Part shown: positions 49,680-62,600 of the stretch, piece by piece | Layout of the letters: every line of letters starts with the position of its first letter | Position numbering within the stretch: position 1 is the first letter of the stretch | Assembly: GCA_002269645.1 (NCBI GenBank) | Contig: NIVC01003584.1 | Span: forward strand, 1 to 64,000 | Direction: 5' to 3' | DNA length: 64,000 nt | DNA from: Macrostomum lignano | Taxonomy: Eukaryota | Translations under genes and position numbers: made by a program | The notes under the pieces: generated by a model | What the model was told of the DNA's origin: nothing | Seen by the model: only the letters and a program-made list of their open reading frames with translations | Databases searched by the model: none

Positions 49680-50540
49680 CACCTGTCTGTCTATCTAGCT
49701 GACTGTCTGTAACTATCTGCCCGGTTGTCTGTCCACCTGTATGTCTGGGCACCTGTCTGTTCACCTGTCTATCCACCTGTCTATCTGTCTGTCCACCTGT
49801 CCTTCAACCTGTATATCTACCTGTCTGTCCACCTGTCTGTCCTCCTGTCTGTTCACCTGTTTATCCACCTGTCTATCCACCTGTCTTTCTGTCTGTCCAC
49901 CTGCTTATCTACCTGTCTGTCCACCTGTCTGTTCACCTGTCTATCCAACTGTCTATCTACCTGTCTATCCAACTGTCTATCTACCTGTCTATCCAACTGT
50001 CTATCTACCTGTCTATCCAACTGTCTATCTACCTGTCTATCCAACTGTCTATCTACCTGTCTATCCAACTGTCTATCTACCTGTCTATCCAACTGTCTAT
50101 CTACCTGTTTATCCAACTGTCTATCTACCTGTCTATCCAACTGTCTATCTACCTGTCTATCCAACTGTCTATCTACCTGTCTATCCAACTGTCTATCTAC
50201 CTGTCTATCCAACTGTCTATCTACCTGTCTATCCAACTGTCTATCTACCTGTCTATCCAACTGTCTATCTACCTGTCTATCCAACTGTCTATCTACCTGT
50301 CTATCCAACTGTCTATCTACCTGTCTATCCAACTGTCTATCTACCTGTCTATCCAACTGTCTATCTACCTGTCTATCCAACTGTCTATCTACCTGTCTAT
50401 CTACGTGTCTATCCACCCTGTCTATCTATATGTCTGTTCACCTGTACTTCAACCTGTGTCTGCCAAACTGTTCTCCCACCTGTCTATTCACCTGTCTATC
50501 CACCTGTCTATCCACCTGTCTATCTACCTGTCTGTCCACT
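49680..50540. repeat. 24-bp minisatellite (CTGTCTATCTACCTGTCTATCCAA) with degenerate flanks
   Basis: Direct reading. Confidence 0.95.
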
Positions 50541-50567
50541 GTTTCCCCGCCTGTCCCCAGACGGTCT

Positions 50568-53500
50568 TCACGGCAGCAGGGGTTGCCAGGCGGCGTGCCG
50601 CAGGCAGCGGTAGTAGAGGCCAGGCGGGGCGAACCACAGCACAGTGGCCGGGTCGGCAGGGTGGCCGCAGCCAGGACTCGGACAGGCCACGGCGCCGGAG
50701 CGGGCCTCGGACACGCAGCGGGTCACGTGACGAGTCCAGCAGGCGGCGCAGTGCCAGTGCCGGCAGGCGGTCAGCGCCGTCACCCAGTCGGCGGGGTCGC
50801 TGAGCCACGGCCTGGGCGACCGCACCCCGCAGCTGCCGCAGGCGGCCGACGTCTGGGAGCGCCGGAACTCTTCGACATCTCGCCGCTGACCGGCTAGCAG
50901 CGGCGGCAGGCGTCGGGGCGTCCGAGATGTCCGCCCGCCGGCCGACTCAATGCTAATGACGTCACTGGCTGGGACAGGCGCACTGGAGTACAGCCAGCTG
51001 TACAGCGGAGGGCATGTCAAGGCGGAGATTCGAACTCCGGACGACAGGTCAGATTCGCTGACTGTCGAATCGATGCTTTCGTCATCAACAATTGGCTGGT
51101 CTTGGCCGGGTGTGGACAGCCGGGCCAGCAGCGCTGGGAGGGAGCTGAGGAGTGGCGGCGAAAGCGGGATCTTGTCACGGTGGGGAGATCTAGTCACGGT
51201 GGGGAGATCTAGTCACGGTGGGGAGATCTTGTCACGGTGGGGAGATCTAGTCACGGTGGGGAGATCTTGTCACGGTGGGGAGATCTAGTCACGGTGGGGA
51301 GATCTAGTCACGGTGGGGAGATCTAGTCTCGGTGGGGAGATCTAGTCACGGTGGGGAGATCTAGTCACGGTGGGAAATCTGGTGGGGAGATCTAGTCTCG
51401 GTGGGGAGATCTAGTCACGGTGGGAAATCAAATCACGCGAGGAGATCGAGTCTCGGTGGGAAATCTAATCACGGTGAGATCTAGTCACGGTGGAGAGATC
51501 TAGTCACGGTGGAGAGATCTAGTCTCGGTGGGGAGATCTAGTCACGGTGGGGAGATCTAGTCTCGGTGGGGAGATCTAGTCTCGGTGGGGAGATCTAGTC
51601 ACGGTGGGAAATCTAATCACGGTGAGATCTAGTCACGGTGGGGAGATCTAGTCACGGTTGGGAGATCTAGTCACGGTGGGAAATCTAATCACGGTGAGAT
51701 CTAGTCACGGTGGGGAGATCTAGTCACGGTTGGGAGATCTAGTCACGGTTGGGAGATCTAGTCACGGTGAGGAGATCTAGTCTGGGTGGAGAGATCCAGT
51801 CAGGGCCTGGAGATCTAACAGTCCAGATCTAGTCACGGTGGGGAGATCTACCCACACCAGCAGGGATCCAGTCACAACTCACCCGAACGGGTCCTGACAG
51901 GCCAGCAGGCGGGTCAGGACGTGTCGCCGATCAGCCGGAGAGCCGCAGCCCAGCAGGTGCAGGCGAACTCGGGTCGAGCCAAACCGGACAGCCCTGGACG
52001 CAGACGGCAGCTTGCCACCAGCTGCTGGCAGCTCCTCCATCAGCAGGGTGGGGCCGGGCCACCGCCAGCTCGTTGCCATTGACGACGGCCAAGGACGCAG
52101 CCAGATCTTGGTCGGCCAGCTGTCACTGCGCCTGCCGCCACCGCCAGCGCCAGCCTCCAGCAATCGATTCAGCAGCTCCCTCTGCACAGTCAGCACCGGT
52201 CTGAAGTCATCCTCTCGATCCTCTTCATTATCCTCTTTGAGCTGAGGCTGCTCAAAGCTGCCATCGGCTCGGCTCGACCGCTGCGTGGGCGGCTCGCCTT
52301 CGCTGGGCGAGAATTCAGCGAATCCCAGCTCGTCGGAGGCGAATTTGGCGAGCAGCTCGGAAATGCCGGCAGCCTCCGCCAGGGTTGATGAGGCGCGTCG
52401 GCTGAGCCTGAGAATGCCAGGGATAAATTCAAAACTGCCCAATTTTCTAAATGTACTTTTATACTACTCATTGCAAGTAGCTTCGGAGTTAATCGGGTTT
52501 GAGACTTAGCTCAGCATCATTCTCAATCAATCCAGCTCAGCATCGTTCCCCATCAGTCCAGCTCAGCATCATTCTCAATCAATCCAGCATAGCATCATTC
52601 TCATCAGTCCAGCTCAGCATCATTCCCCATCAGTCCAGTTCAGCATCATTCTTAATCAATCCAGCATAGCATCATTCTCCATCAGTCCAGCTCAGCATCG
52701 TTCCCCATCAGTCCAGCTCAGCATCATTCTCAATCAATCCAGCATAGCATCATTCTCCATCAATCCAGCTCAGCATCGTTCCCCATCAGTCCAGCTCAGC
52801 ATCATTCTTAATCAATCCAGCATAGCATCATTCTCCATCAGTCCAGCTCAGCATCATTCCCCATCAGTCCAGTTCAGCATCATTCCCTATCAGTCCAGCC
52901 CAGCACCATTCCCCATCAGTCCAGCTCAGCATCATTCTCAATCAATCCAGCATAGCATCATTCTCAATCAATCCAGCTCAGCATCGTTCCCCATCAGTCC
53001 AGCTCAGCATCATTCTCAATCAATCCAGCATAGCATCATTCTCCATCAGTCCAGCTCAGCATCATTCCCCATCAGTCCAGTTCAGCATCATTCCCTATCA
53101 GTCCAGCCCAGCACCATTCCCCATCAGTCCAGCTCAGCATTGATCATTCTTAATCAATCCAGCATAGCATCATTCTCCATCAGTCCAGCTCAGCATCATT
53201 CCCCATCAGTCCAGTTCAGCATCATTCCCTATCAGTCCAGCCCAGCACCATTCCCCATCAGTCCAGCTCAGCATCATTCTCCATCAGTACAGCTCAGCCA
53301 ACTCACCGCAAGCCTCCAGCATCTTGAGCAGTGCTCAGATCCAGCCGCCGCTGCCAGTTGTCCTCCAGCCAGTCGGCCAGTTCGTCTTCCGCTTCCCGTC
53401 TCGCCACCCGCCGCATCCGCTTGCGACGATGGCGCTTTTGCTTTTGGCGACCTAGACTGCTTCTGTTGGCACAAGAAGCTGCAGAATCTGCAGCGTCTGC

Positions 53501-54623
53501 ATCAACAGAAGCAGCAGCAGGCGAAGCAGCAGCCCGAGCTCTGCAAGAGAACAGTTGGGCACAGAATGCTCGCAATAATGAGTTGTCCATGTTGCATACG
53601 GATAGCTAATGCTTGTATACTACTGCAAATACGAGGTTAACAAGTAGTTTGATGCGGGTTTTAACAAAGAATATCAAATGGATTGACCAAAGAAAAAAAT
53701 GATAAAAAATATAATTACAGAAAACCAGCAAGTGTGTCATTGACGAAAGAAAATGTTTAAAGGGTCAGAACGATGTTAACGAATAAGGCTAAATAGTTCG
53801 GTTTAGGGTTGAAGGATAGGGTTTTGTGTTTTATGATCAAAATGTTAGGTTAGAAGGGTTGAGAGATTAGGGTTGAAAGGTCAAGGTTGAAGGGATGAAG
53901 GGTTGAAGGGTTAGGGTTGAAGGGTTGAGGGATTTGGGTTGAAAGGCAAATGTTGAAGGGTTTAAAGGGTGGGGTTGAAGGGTCTAAAGGGTAGGGTTGA
54001 AGGGCCTAAAGAGTAGGGTTGAAGGGTTTAAATGGTAGGGTTGAAGGGTTTAAATGGTAGGGTTGAAGGGTTTAAATGGTAGGGTTGCAGGGTTAAAAGG
54101 GTAGAATTGAAGGGTTAGGGTTGTAGGGTTAGGGTTGAAGGGTGTTATGCTGGTTGCGAAGCTTCTGTTTTCGAATATTCTGGACAATAGTTTCAGATAA
54201 AATACCGCAAAGTGAGTTTAATAGTTACTTTACAGTTCTATAAACATAGAGAGTAAAAAAATTCATCAATCTTTTATCTGCTTTCAAATTTCTAAAAGAG
54301 AAACATGCTGAAAAAAAACTGAGGCTGTACCTGGCAAAGGTGCGGGTCAGCGGTCGGTGCCAGCGGTCGTCAATGATGAGTTCATGCGGGGGCATCAGGC
54401 TGTGCAACACCAGTTTGGGTGCCGACGCCAGCGCGGACAGCGGCAGCGACACGGGCTCAGGGAGCTGCTGGCCGGCGCTGAGGCTCTCAACTGCCGATGG
54501 GGCCACCCCGAGCAGCTCGTACAGATTGAGCAGTCGGCTGCGCTCGGGTTGGAAGCGGACTGGCAGACGGACTTCGCAGCTGGCGTCTGAAGCATGGGCA
54601 GGTTGACGTAATTTGATTCCCAT
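50568..54623 (-). CDS. Protein with a C-terminal RBR RING1-like zinc finger (exons 54623-54331, 53540-53307, 52407-51883, 51144-50568; 543 codons)
   Basis: CGSC...TACRHWHCAACW...VACPSPGC; GT-AG introns all phase 2 with a continuous frame. The last acceptor was chosen to preserve frame. Confidence 0.7.
51175..51850. repeat. 19-bp minisatellite (TGGGGAGATCTAGTCACGG), intronic
   Basis: Direct reading. Confidence 0.95.
52505..53295. repeat. About 26-bp minisatellite (TCCAGCTCAGCATCATTCTCCATCAG), intronic
   Basis: Direct reading. Confidence 0.93.
53860..54140. repeat. Degenerate GGGTTGAA/GGGTTA repeat, intronic
   Basis: Direct reading. Confidence 0.85.
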
Positions 54624-54672
54624 TGAGTTGCCATGACAACCCGCGTCAGTCGGCCGCAGCAATCAAATCTTA

Positions 54673-55830
54673 TCTACATGTACCTGTTCTCATCTAATCT
54701 CAGCATATCTACCTGTTCTCATCTAATCTCAGCATATCTACCTGTTCTCATCTAATCTCAGCATTTCTACCTGTTCTCATCTAATCTCACCATTTCTACC
54801 TGTTCTCATCTAATCACACCATATCTACCTGTTCTCATCTAATCTCACCATATCTACCTGTTCTCATCTAATCACACCATATCTACCTGTTCTCATCTAA
54901 TCTCACCATATCTACCTGTTCTCATCTAATCACACCATATCTACCTGTTCTCATCTAATCTCACCATATCTACCTGTTCTCATCTAATCACACCATATCT
55001 ACCTGTTTTCATCTAATCTCACCATATCTACCTGTTCTCATCTAATCTCACCATATCTACCTGTTCTTATATAATCTCACCATATCTACCTGTTATAATT
55101 TAATCCCACCGTATCTACCTGTTCTTATCTAATCTCACCATATCTACCTCTTCTTATCTAATCTCACCATATCTACCTGTTATCATTTAATCTCACCATA
55201 TCTACCTGTTTCTCATTTAATATCACCATATCTACCTGTTATCATTTAATCTCACCATATCTACCTGTTATCATTTAATATCACCATATCTACCTGTTAT
55301 CATTTAATCTCACCATATCTACCTGTTATCATTTAATATCACCATATCTACCTGTTTCTCATCTAATCTCACCATATCTACCTGTTTCTCATCTAATCTC
55401 ACCATATCTACCTGTTATCATCTAATCTCACCATATCTACCTGTTATCATGTAATCTCACCATATTGATCTGCCCTCATCTAATCTCACTATATCTATCT
55501 TCTCTCACCTAATCTCACCATATCTACCAGTTTTCACCTAATTGCACCATATCTACATAATCCCATCTAATCTCACCATATCTACATCTTTTAATCTAAT
55601 CTCACCATATATACCTGTTCTCATCTAATCTCACCATATCTACATCTTTTCATCTAATCTTACTATATCTACATCTTTTCATCTAATCTCACCATATCTA
55701 CATCTTTTCATCTAATCTTACTATATCTACATCTTTTCATCTAATATCACCATATCTACATCTTTTCATCTAATCTTACTATATCTACATCTTTTCATCT
55801 AATCTTACTATATCTACATCTTTTCATCTG
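54673..55830 (+). repeat. 29-bp minisatellite (ATCTACCTGTTCTCATCTAATCTCACCAT)
   Basis: Direct reading. Confidence 0.95.
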
Positions 55831-55889
55831 ATATTTTTAAAGTATATAATAAGCCTTGAATAAGCTAGAAATAAAGACTCAAAAACGCA

Positions 55890-57357
55890 CTAACCAAGAT
55901 CGAGGATCTCCTCTCTCACGCCATCCACAGTCGCCCTGGTCAGTTCAGCCACCTGCCTCTGCACCTGCCTTTGCCTGGCCGTAACTCGAACTGCTCTCCG
56001 TCTCTGCGAACGCGAAGTCCCGCTAGCCGCAGGGGGGATTTTATCAGCCCGAAGCCTCTTGAGGCTGCGCCGGTACTGGGTGAGCAGGGACTGCACCGCA
56101 GGCATCCAGCCCAGGCTGCAGTCGCACCGGCTGACCCCAGGTGCCAGCAGACGGTTGCCTTGGATTGAGAAGTTCTCCTCGATCATGAATATCTGCAGAC
56201 CTTCCAGCATCTCCTCCGACTCGGCGTATTTAATGAAGAAGCCCTCCATGAGCTCCCATCGATTCTGCTTGCTCAGCGAGTACCGCACCGATGTGTCCAC
56301 GCTGTGCCCGATGTTGATGGGGACGCGTTTGGGAGGTGATGTAACTTGTGAGAAATGGGGGATGAGGAATGGGAAGATAGGGAATCGGAGAGGGGGAATA
56401 GGCGATGGGGAATGCGAATGATGGGGGATGGGGAATAGGGGATGGGGAAGGCGAATGATGGAGGTGGGGAATGGGGGATGGGGAATAGGGGATGGGGATT
56501 GGGGGATGGGGATTAGGGGATGGGGAATGGAGGATGGGGTGGGGAATGGGGGCTGGGGATGGGGAATGGGGATAAGGGAATGGGGGATGGGGATTGGGGA
56601 TGGGGATTGGAAGATGGGGATTGGGGGATGGGGATTGGGGGATGGGGATTGAAAGATGGGGATTGGGGGATGGGGATTGGGGAAAGGGGAATGGAAGATG
56701 GAGGCTGGGGATTGGGGGATGAGGAATTGAGGCTGAGGATTGGGGGATGGGGATTGGGAGATTGAAAATGGGGGATGGGGGATGGGAATTGGGGGATGGG
56801 GAATGGAGGCTGGGGATTGGGAGAGGAAAATAGGGGATGGGGGAAAAGGGAATGAGGGATGGGGATTGGGGGATGGGGAATGGGGGATGGGGAATAGAGA
56901 ATGGGGGCTGGGGAATGCCAATGGGGGATGGGAACTTGGAAGATAGGGAATGGGGAGATGGGGAATGGGGAGATGGGGAATGGGGAGATGGGGAATTGGA
57001 GTTTGGAGAGAAAGTGGGAGGGAAGAAAATAAGCAAAGAATGAGAACATGCTGTATTCGAATTACAATGGAAGAATCAAACCCAACACTCACTCAAAATG
57101 CCTCCCAAACAGGTACCGACTGTCGCCCAGACGCACCGGTCGCCATCCAGACTCCGCCCCATCGGGCACATCTGGCGGCAGATAGCAAAACTGCAGCAGT
57201 CCCTTGGTTCGACTCTGTCGCAGAATCTGCTTGGAAGTTCGACAGTTCTGCCGCTTGAAGGGGCCGCCGCCGGGACCGCACACGGGCCGGCCGCAGGGGC
57301 AGATGTTCCAGCAGTCGTAGCTGAGAAAGTCGCGAGGCATATTACTGACCTACTGGG
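55890..57357 (-). CDS. Unknown Cys-containing protein (exons 57357-57117, 56344-55890); start Met not found
   Basis: Frame [13 protein letters not shown]...[36 protein letters not shown] splices (phase 1, G|GTACC...AG|TT) into [13 protein letters not shown]...EILDLG*; GC-rich exons inside AT/repeat DNA. Confidence 0.5.
56360..57000. repeat. G-rich GGGGAT/GGGAAT repeat (G-quadruplex-prone), intronic
   Basis: Direct reading. Confidence 0.93.
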
Positions 57358-57779
57358 CTACATCATAAACTATAATGGCATAACTAAGCTACTTTGTAAA
57401 TGATCAGAAATGTCAATCTTTTAGCCAGTTTTCCATTGCAGCCGCTTTTCCTATAGACTTAAAGTTTGCGCGCTGCCCAGAAAAATGAGAGTTCTGGCCT
57501 ATGGGGGGTGAGTAGGAGAGCAGAGAGAGTACAGCTGGCTGCGGTTGCCATTGACAACACAATGGACTCGCGCGCGCAAGCGACCCCTCCCCCGGCAGCT
57601 CTGGGCTGGGTTGCTGGGGTTTGGGGTGAGGGGTTTGTGATAGCAAGAGTAGAGCAGAGCCATGCTCACCTGCTCAGCCATGGCCAATGTGCATGAATCA
57701 GGGAGGGTGCGGGCACTGGTACAGCATTAACAGCTGGGAGGGCGAGAGAGTGCCCGGCTGATGAAATGCTAGGAAATTC

Positions 57780-58480
57780 TATGGTGAGATTAGAACAGTG
57801 AACACTCATTAGTGAGAGAGAAAAATGATAGATGAGACTAGAGTAGATAGGGTGAGATCTGATATAAGAGCATGTCGATGTGGTGAGATTAGATGACAAC
57901 ATATAGATACGGTGAGATTAGATGACAACAGATAAATACGGTGAGATTAGATGATAAAATGTAGATATGGTGAGATTAGATAAGAACAGGTAGATATAGT
58001 GAGATAGATTAGATGAGAACAGGTAGATATAGTGAGATTAGATGAGAACAGGTAGATATAGTGAGATAGATTAGATAAGAACAGGTAGACATAGTGAGAT
58101 TAGATGAGAACATGTAGATACGGTGAGATTAGATGAGAACAGGTAGATATAGTGAGATTAGATGAGAACAGGTAGATATAGTGAGATTAGATGAGAATAG
58201 GTAGATATAGTGAGATAGATTAGATGAGAACAGGTAGATACGGTGAGATTAGATGATAAAATGTAGATATGGTGAGATTGGATGAGACAGGTAGATATAG
58301 TGAGATAGATTAGATGAGAACAGGTAGATATAGTGAGATTAGATGAGAACAGGTAGATATAGTGAGATAGATTAGATGAGAACAGGTAGACATAGTGAGA
58401 TTAGATGAGAACACGTAGATATGGTGAGATAATATGAGAACAGGTAGATATAGTGAGATGAGAACAGGTAGATACAGTGA
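57780..58480 (-). repeat. Same 29-bp minisatellite as 54673-55830, in inverted orientation
   Basis: ATGGTGAGATTAGATGAGAACAGGTAGAT is the reverse complement of the unit. Confidence 0.93.
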
Positions 58481-59269
58481 TGATAATAAAAAGCTTAGGG
58501 ACACTACCAGCACAGAGACGAGCAGACAAAAATGAGAATAAAGGCAGAATGCAAGGGAAGCGGAAGAACAGATGTTGAGAGGAAAGGTGAAAAGTCATAA
58601 AAAGCGGCAGATAGAGAGGAGTCATGGCACTCCAATGGAAAATCACAGGAACTAGACAAGACAATGGATAGCTTTGATTGACAATGGCAGGTTGTCATGA
58701 CAACTAAACGGGGATTAATGCAGATCAAACGTATGCTTCTAAAAGTACATCTTCAGCTACAGATTAGTGAAGAGAATGAAAGCATTAGACAATGAAACAT
58801 GCATAACTAAGTTTTGAATTTGCGAAAAGCGCATTTGAATAAACTGATTGCAATATAATTTCGCAGCACTTGTCAAGCAATACAAAACTGATACATTTTG
58901 TAGACGATTGATCAGACTACTTTTAGTAGCATCGGGATAGACAAGACAACGTTTAATGGGCCTGCGCTAAATATTCACTGAATAAGATGTGAGTCTTCGA
59001 ATCGTGGAAAATGCCATTGACAGGTGGACAGGCAGGGAGACACTCACAAGTGGACAGGTAGGGAGACATGCTTACTCAAAAGTGGACAGATAAAAAGACA
59101 GGTGAACAGGTGGATATGTAGAGAAGCAGGTAGAGAGGCAGCTAAAGAGGTGGACAAGTAGAGAGGTAGGTAGAGACATGTAAGTGGAAATGTAGAGAGA
59201 CCGATGGGTATTTGCAGGCAGGTATGAGACATACAGACAAGTAGACAAGTAAGAGGGACACGTAGACAG

Positions 59270-59510
59270 GTGGACAGGTAAGAGGGATATGTAGACAGGT
59301 GGACAGGTAAGAGGGATATGCAGACAGGTGGACAGGTAAGAGGGATATGTAGACAGGTGGACAGGTAAGAGGGATATGCAGACAGGTGGACAGGTAAGAG
59401 GGATATGTAGACAGGTGGACAGGTAAGAGGGATATGTAGACAGGTGGACAGGTAAGAGGGATATGCAGACAGGTGGACAGGTAAGAGGGATATGCAGACA
59501 GGTGGACAGG
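59270..59510. repeat. 29-bp minisatellite (GTAGACAGGTGGACAGGTAAGAGGGATAT)
   Basis: Direct reading. Confidence 0.93.
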
Positions 59511-59660
59511 TGGGTGGACACAGAGACAATATATTCCACGATTCGTGACGGCTGCAGCACTGAGGTCTCGAGGCCCCGGTGCCAGAAAGCAGTACAAGAA
59601 TGCAAGCTACAGACACTAAACGGTGTCTCAGTCAATACACGGACATCAGGCAGAGGTCAG

Positions 59661-62600
59661 TCAGGGAGGCAGCAATGGCGACAGGGCATCGAGCAGCCGG
59701 GGGTCTCGGGTCTGCTCGATCCGGCCGCGCAGAATCCCCGGGCCGAGCAGGCGGGCCAGGCCGGCCAGGCAGTCCTCGGCGGCGGCTGCGGCCAGCTGAC
59801 TGTCCTGCCGGTGCTCCAAGGCGTAGGCCACCGGCTCCAGGAAGGCTTCCAGGTGGCGCTTGAACACGGGCTTGCCAAGGCCGCTGGCCACCTGGGGCAG
59901 ACGGCGCAGCACCGACTCTAGCAGGGCGAAATGGTGGGCGAACTGCCTGCGGGCAGACGGGCGGTGGGTAGGCAAGTGAGTGAGGGAGCCTGTGTGCAAA
60001 CAGGTGCAAAAATAGACGGAGACTGTTAGTGGGCAACAGCAATCGGAAAACTGCAATCAGACAACTGCAATCAGACAACTGCAATCAGACAGTTACAACC
60101 AGACAACTGCAATCAGACAACTGCAATCAGACAACTGCAACCAGACAGCTGCAATCAGACAGTTACAACCAGACAACTGTAATCAGACAAATGCAATCAG
60201 ACAACTGCAACCAGACAGCTGCAATCAGACAGTTACAACCAGACAACTGTAATCAGACAAATGCAATCAGACAACTGCAACCAGACAGCTGCAATCAGAC
60301 AGTTACAACCAGACAACTGTAATCAGACAAATGCAATCAGACAACTGCAACCAGACAGCTGCAATCAGACAACTGCAACCAGACAGCTGCAATCAGACAG
60401 TTACAACCAGACAACTGTAATCAGACAAATGCAATCAGACAACTGCAATCAGACAGATGCAATCAGGCTACCTGTAAGTGGTAGCCTTAGCCAGCAGAGG
60501 CAGCAGGTCAGCCAGACGAGGCCGCAGCTCAGGCAGATCGCACAGCTCAGCCAGGAGGTGCACGCATCCGTCGGCGATCTCCCAGGGCTCGGCGGGGCGC
60601 CGGAAGTTGTGATTGGAGCAGCCGCCGCCCGGGGACATCTTGGGCGCCAGCGAGCCGCAGGAGTACATGGTGCGGTCCGTGTGCAGCGCCTCGTCGTTGT
60701 CGCGGATCCGCTTGGCCGCGGCGACGCCGAACAGCGCCGGCTCGGAGGCGAGGCCGGACGCGGCCGAACTGGACTCGGGCTGGCTGGCCGGCTGGGACAG
60801 CCCGGCCGACAGCTCGGACAGCAGGGCGTCGCCGAGGCCGGGGTTGCTGGGCAACAGGCTGGCAACGAGGCAGCGCAGCGAGGCGGCGGCGCCCTGCCTG
60901 ACGGAGGGCACGCTGTCGCGGAGGTTGGCGGTGAACAGCGGCAGCAGGCGGTCCAGCATGCCGGCGGTCTCGGCGGGGTGCGCCGTGGCGAAGCGGCCGC
61001 AGGCGATGCAGGCGGCGTCGCGGACTGGCCAGCTGTCGTCGTCGAAGCAGACCAGCAGGGCGGAGTACAGCTGGGGCACGTGCGGCTGCACCACCGCGGG
61101 GTCCACCTGGGTGGGGGATGGCGATAATGGAGGCCTTGGAGTCGCTTCAGAGGAGAACATATATGAGCAATTAGTGGGGTCAGTGACCCTGGCAGGCATG
61201 TGTCAAGGGGTCAGCTGACCTCCATAGACTGAAAAATACCATGTTGGAACATATTACTGGGGTCAGTGACCTCCATAGACAGTATAGTGACTGCAGGAGC
61301 ACATTGCGGGGTTCAGTGACCCACATAGACAGTACAGTGATTGCGGGAGCACATTAAAGGAGTCATTGACCCCCAAAGACAGTATAGTAACTGCAGGAGC
61401 ATATTACTGGGGTCAGTGACCCCGATAGACAGTATAGTGACTTCAGGATCACATTACGGGGTCGGTGACCCCAATAGACAGTAAAATGACTGCAGAAGGG
61501 TACTTGAGTCAGTGACCCTCATATACAGTATAGTGACTGTAAGAGCACGTTACGAGGATCAATGACCTCCAGACCATATACATGTACACTATAGTACAGC
61601 AGGGTTAGTGGACTCCATCCCCCAAAGAGCAAGCTCACAGCTCACCTTATAACCCAGCTCGGCGATGCAAGCGCAGGCGGCCTCCCTAACAGCGTGATTG
61701 TTAGCCCTGGACTGTTCCACGTAGAACTTGACCACCTGTTCGATGTTATCGCTAACCAGCCGGGGGCCTTCAACTACAGTGGCCAGCAGGCGCCAGGTCT
61801 CCTGGTTGAACAGCCGGACTCCCTCGGCCATGTAGTAGCGGTTTAGGCACAGCGGCGGCACCAGCAGGCGCTGAATCTCTGGCGGCGGCTTCGACCGCTC
61901 GTCCACGTATTTGAGCAGGAAATTCCTGGCTGCCAGGCTAGCGGCCATTCTCACTTGGCTCCAGTTGTCCGACAGGCCTGTGGCCAGCTGCTCAGCGATG
62001 CGGCCTCTGCAGGCTGTTGGGGCGGCGTCCCCGCGGGACACCGCGGCGAGCACCTGGAAGCCGGTCTCGCGGACGAACCGGTTGGTGTGGCGCAGGGTGC
62101 TGAACACCAGCTCGAGGAGCTCGTCGTCAAGGAGACGGGCGAAGCCGGAGCCGTAGCTGAAAATTTATTCGTAAATTCATTTAGGAAGGAAAAAAGGGAG
62201 TTTCAGCTACCCAAAAGTACACAACGAACCGCCTAAAGTACACGGAGGGATAGTAAGTATTTACACAAGTTTCCATTACAAAAAACGATCCAGAGTTAAA
62301 AAACCCATAACCTCAACAGCCTACTAGCTCAGTAGCAAGAGTGTGGGCAGGCTCAGTTGCTAGGCTAGCCTCCCAGAATGTCAGTTGCCGGCAGCCCATC
62401 TCTATGGCAGCTCACCCCCAGCTTCATCTCTATGGCAGCTCACCCCCAGCTTCATCTCTATGGCAGCTCACCCCAGCTTCATCTCTATGGCAGCTCACCC
62501 CAGCTTCATCTCTATGGCAGCTCACCCCCAGCTTCATCTCTATGGCAGCTCACCCCCAGCTTCATCTCCATGGCAGCTCACCCCCAGCTTCATCTCTATA

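Noticed and set aside
53860-54140. Interstitial telomere
   Set aside because: Mostly GGGTTGAA variants with few TTAGGG units, inside an intron.
58691-58704. Perfect X-box palindrome GTTGTCATGACAAC (and GTTGCCATGACAAC at 54627)
   Set aside because: 58691 has no clear adjacent gene start; both mainly show that such words may be common here, so they are used only as a caveat.
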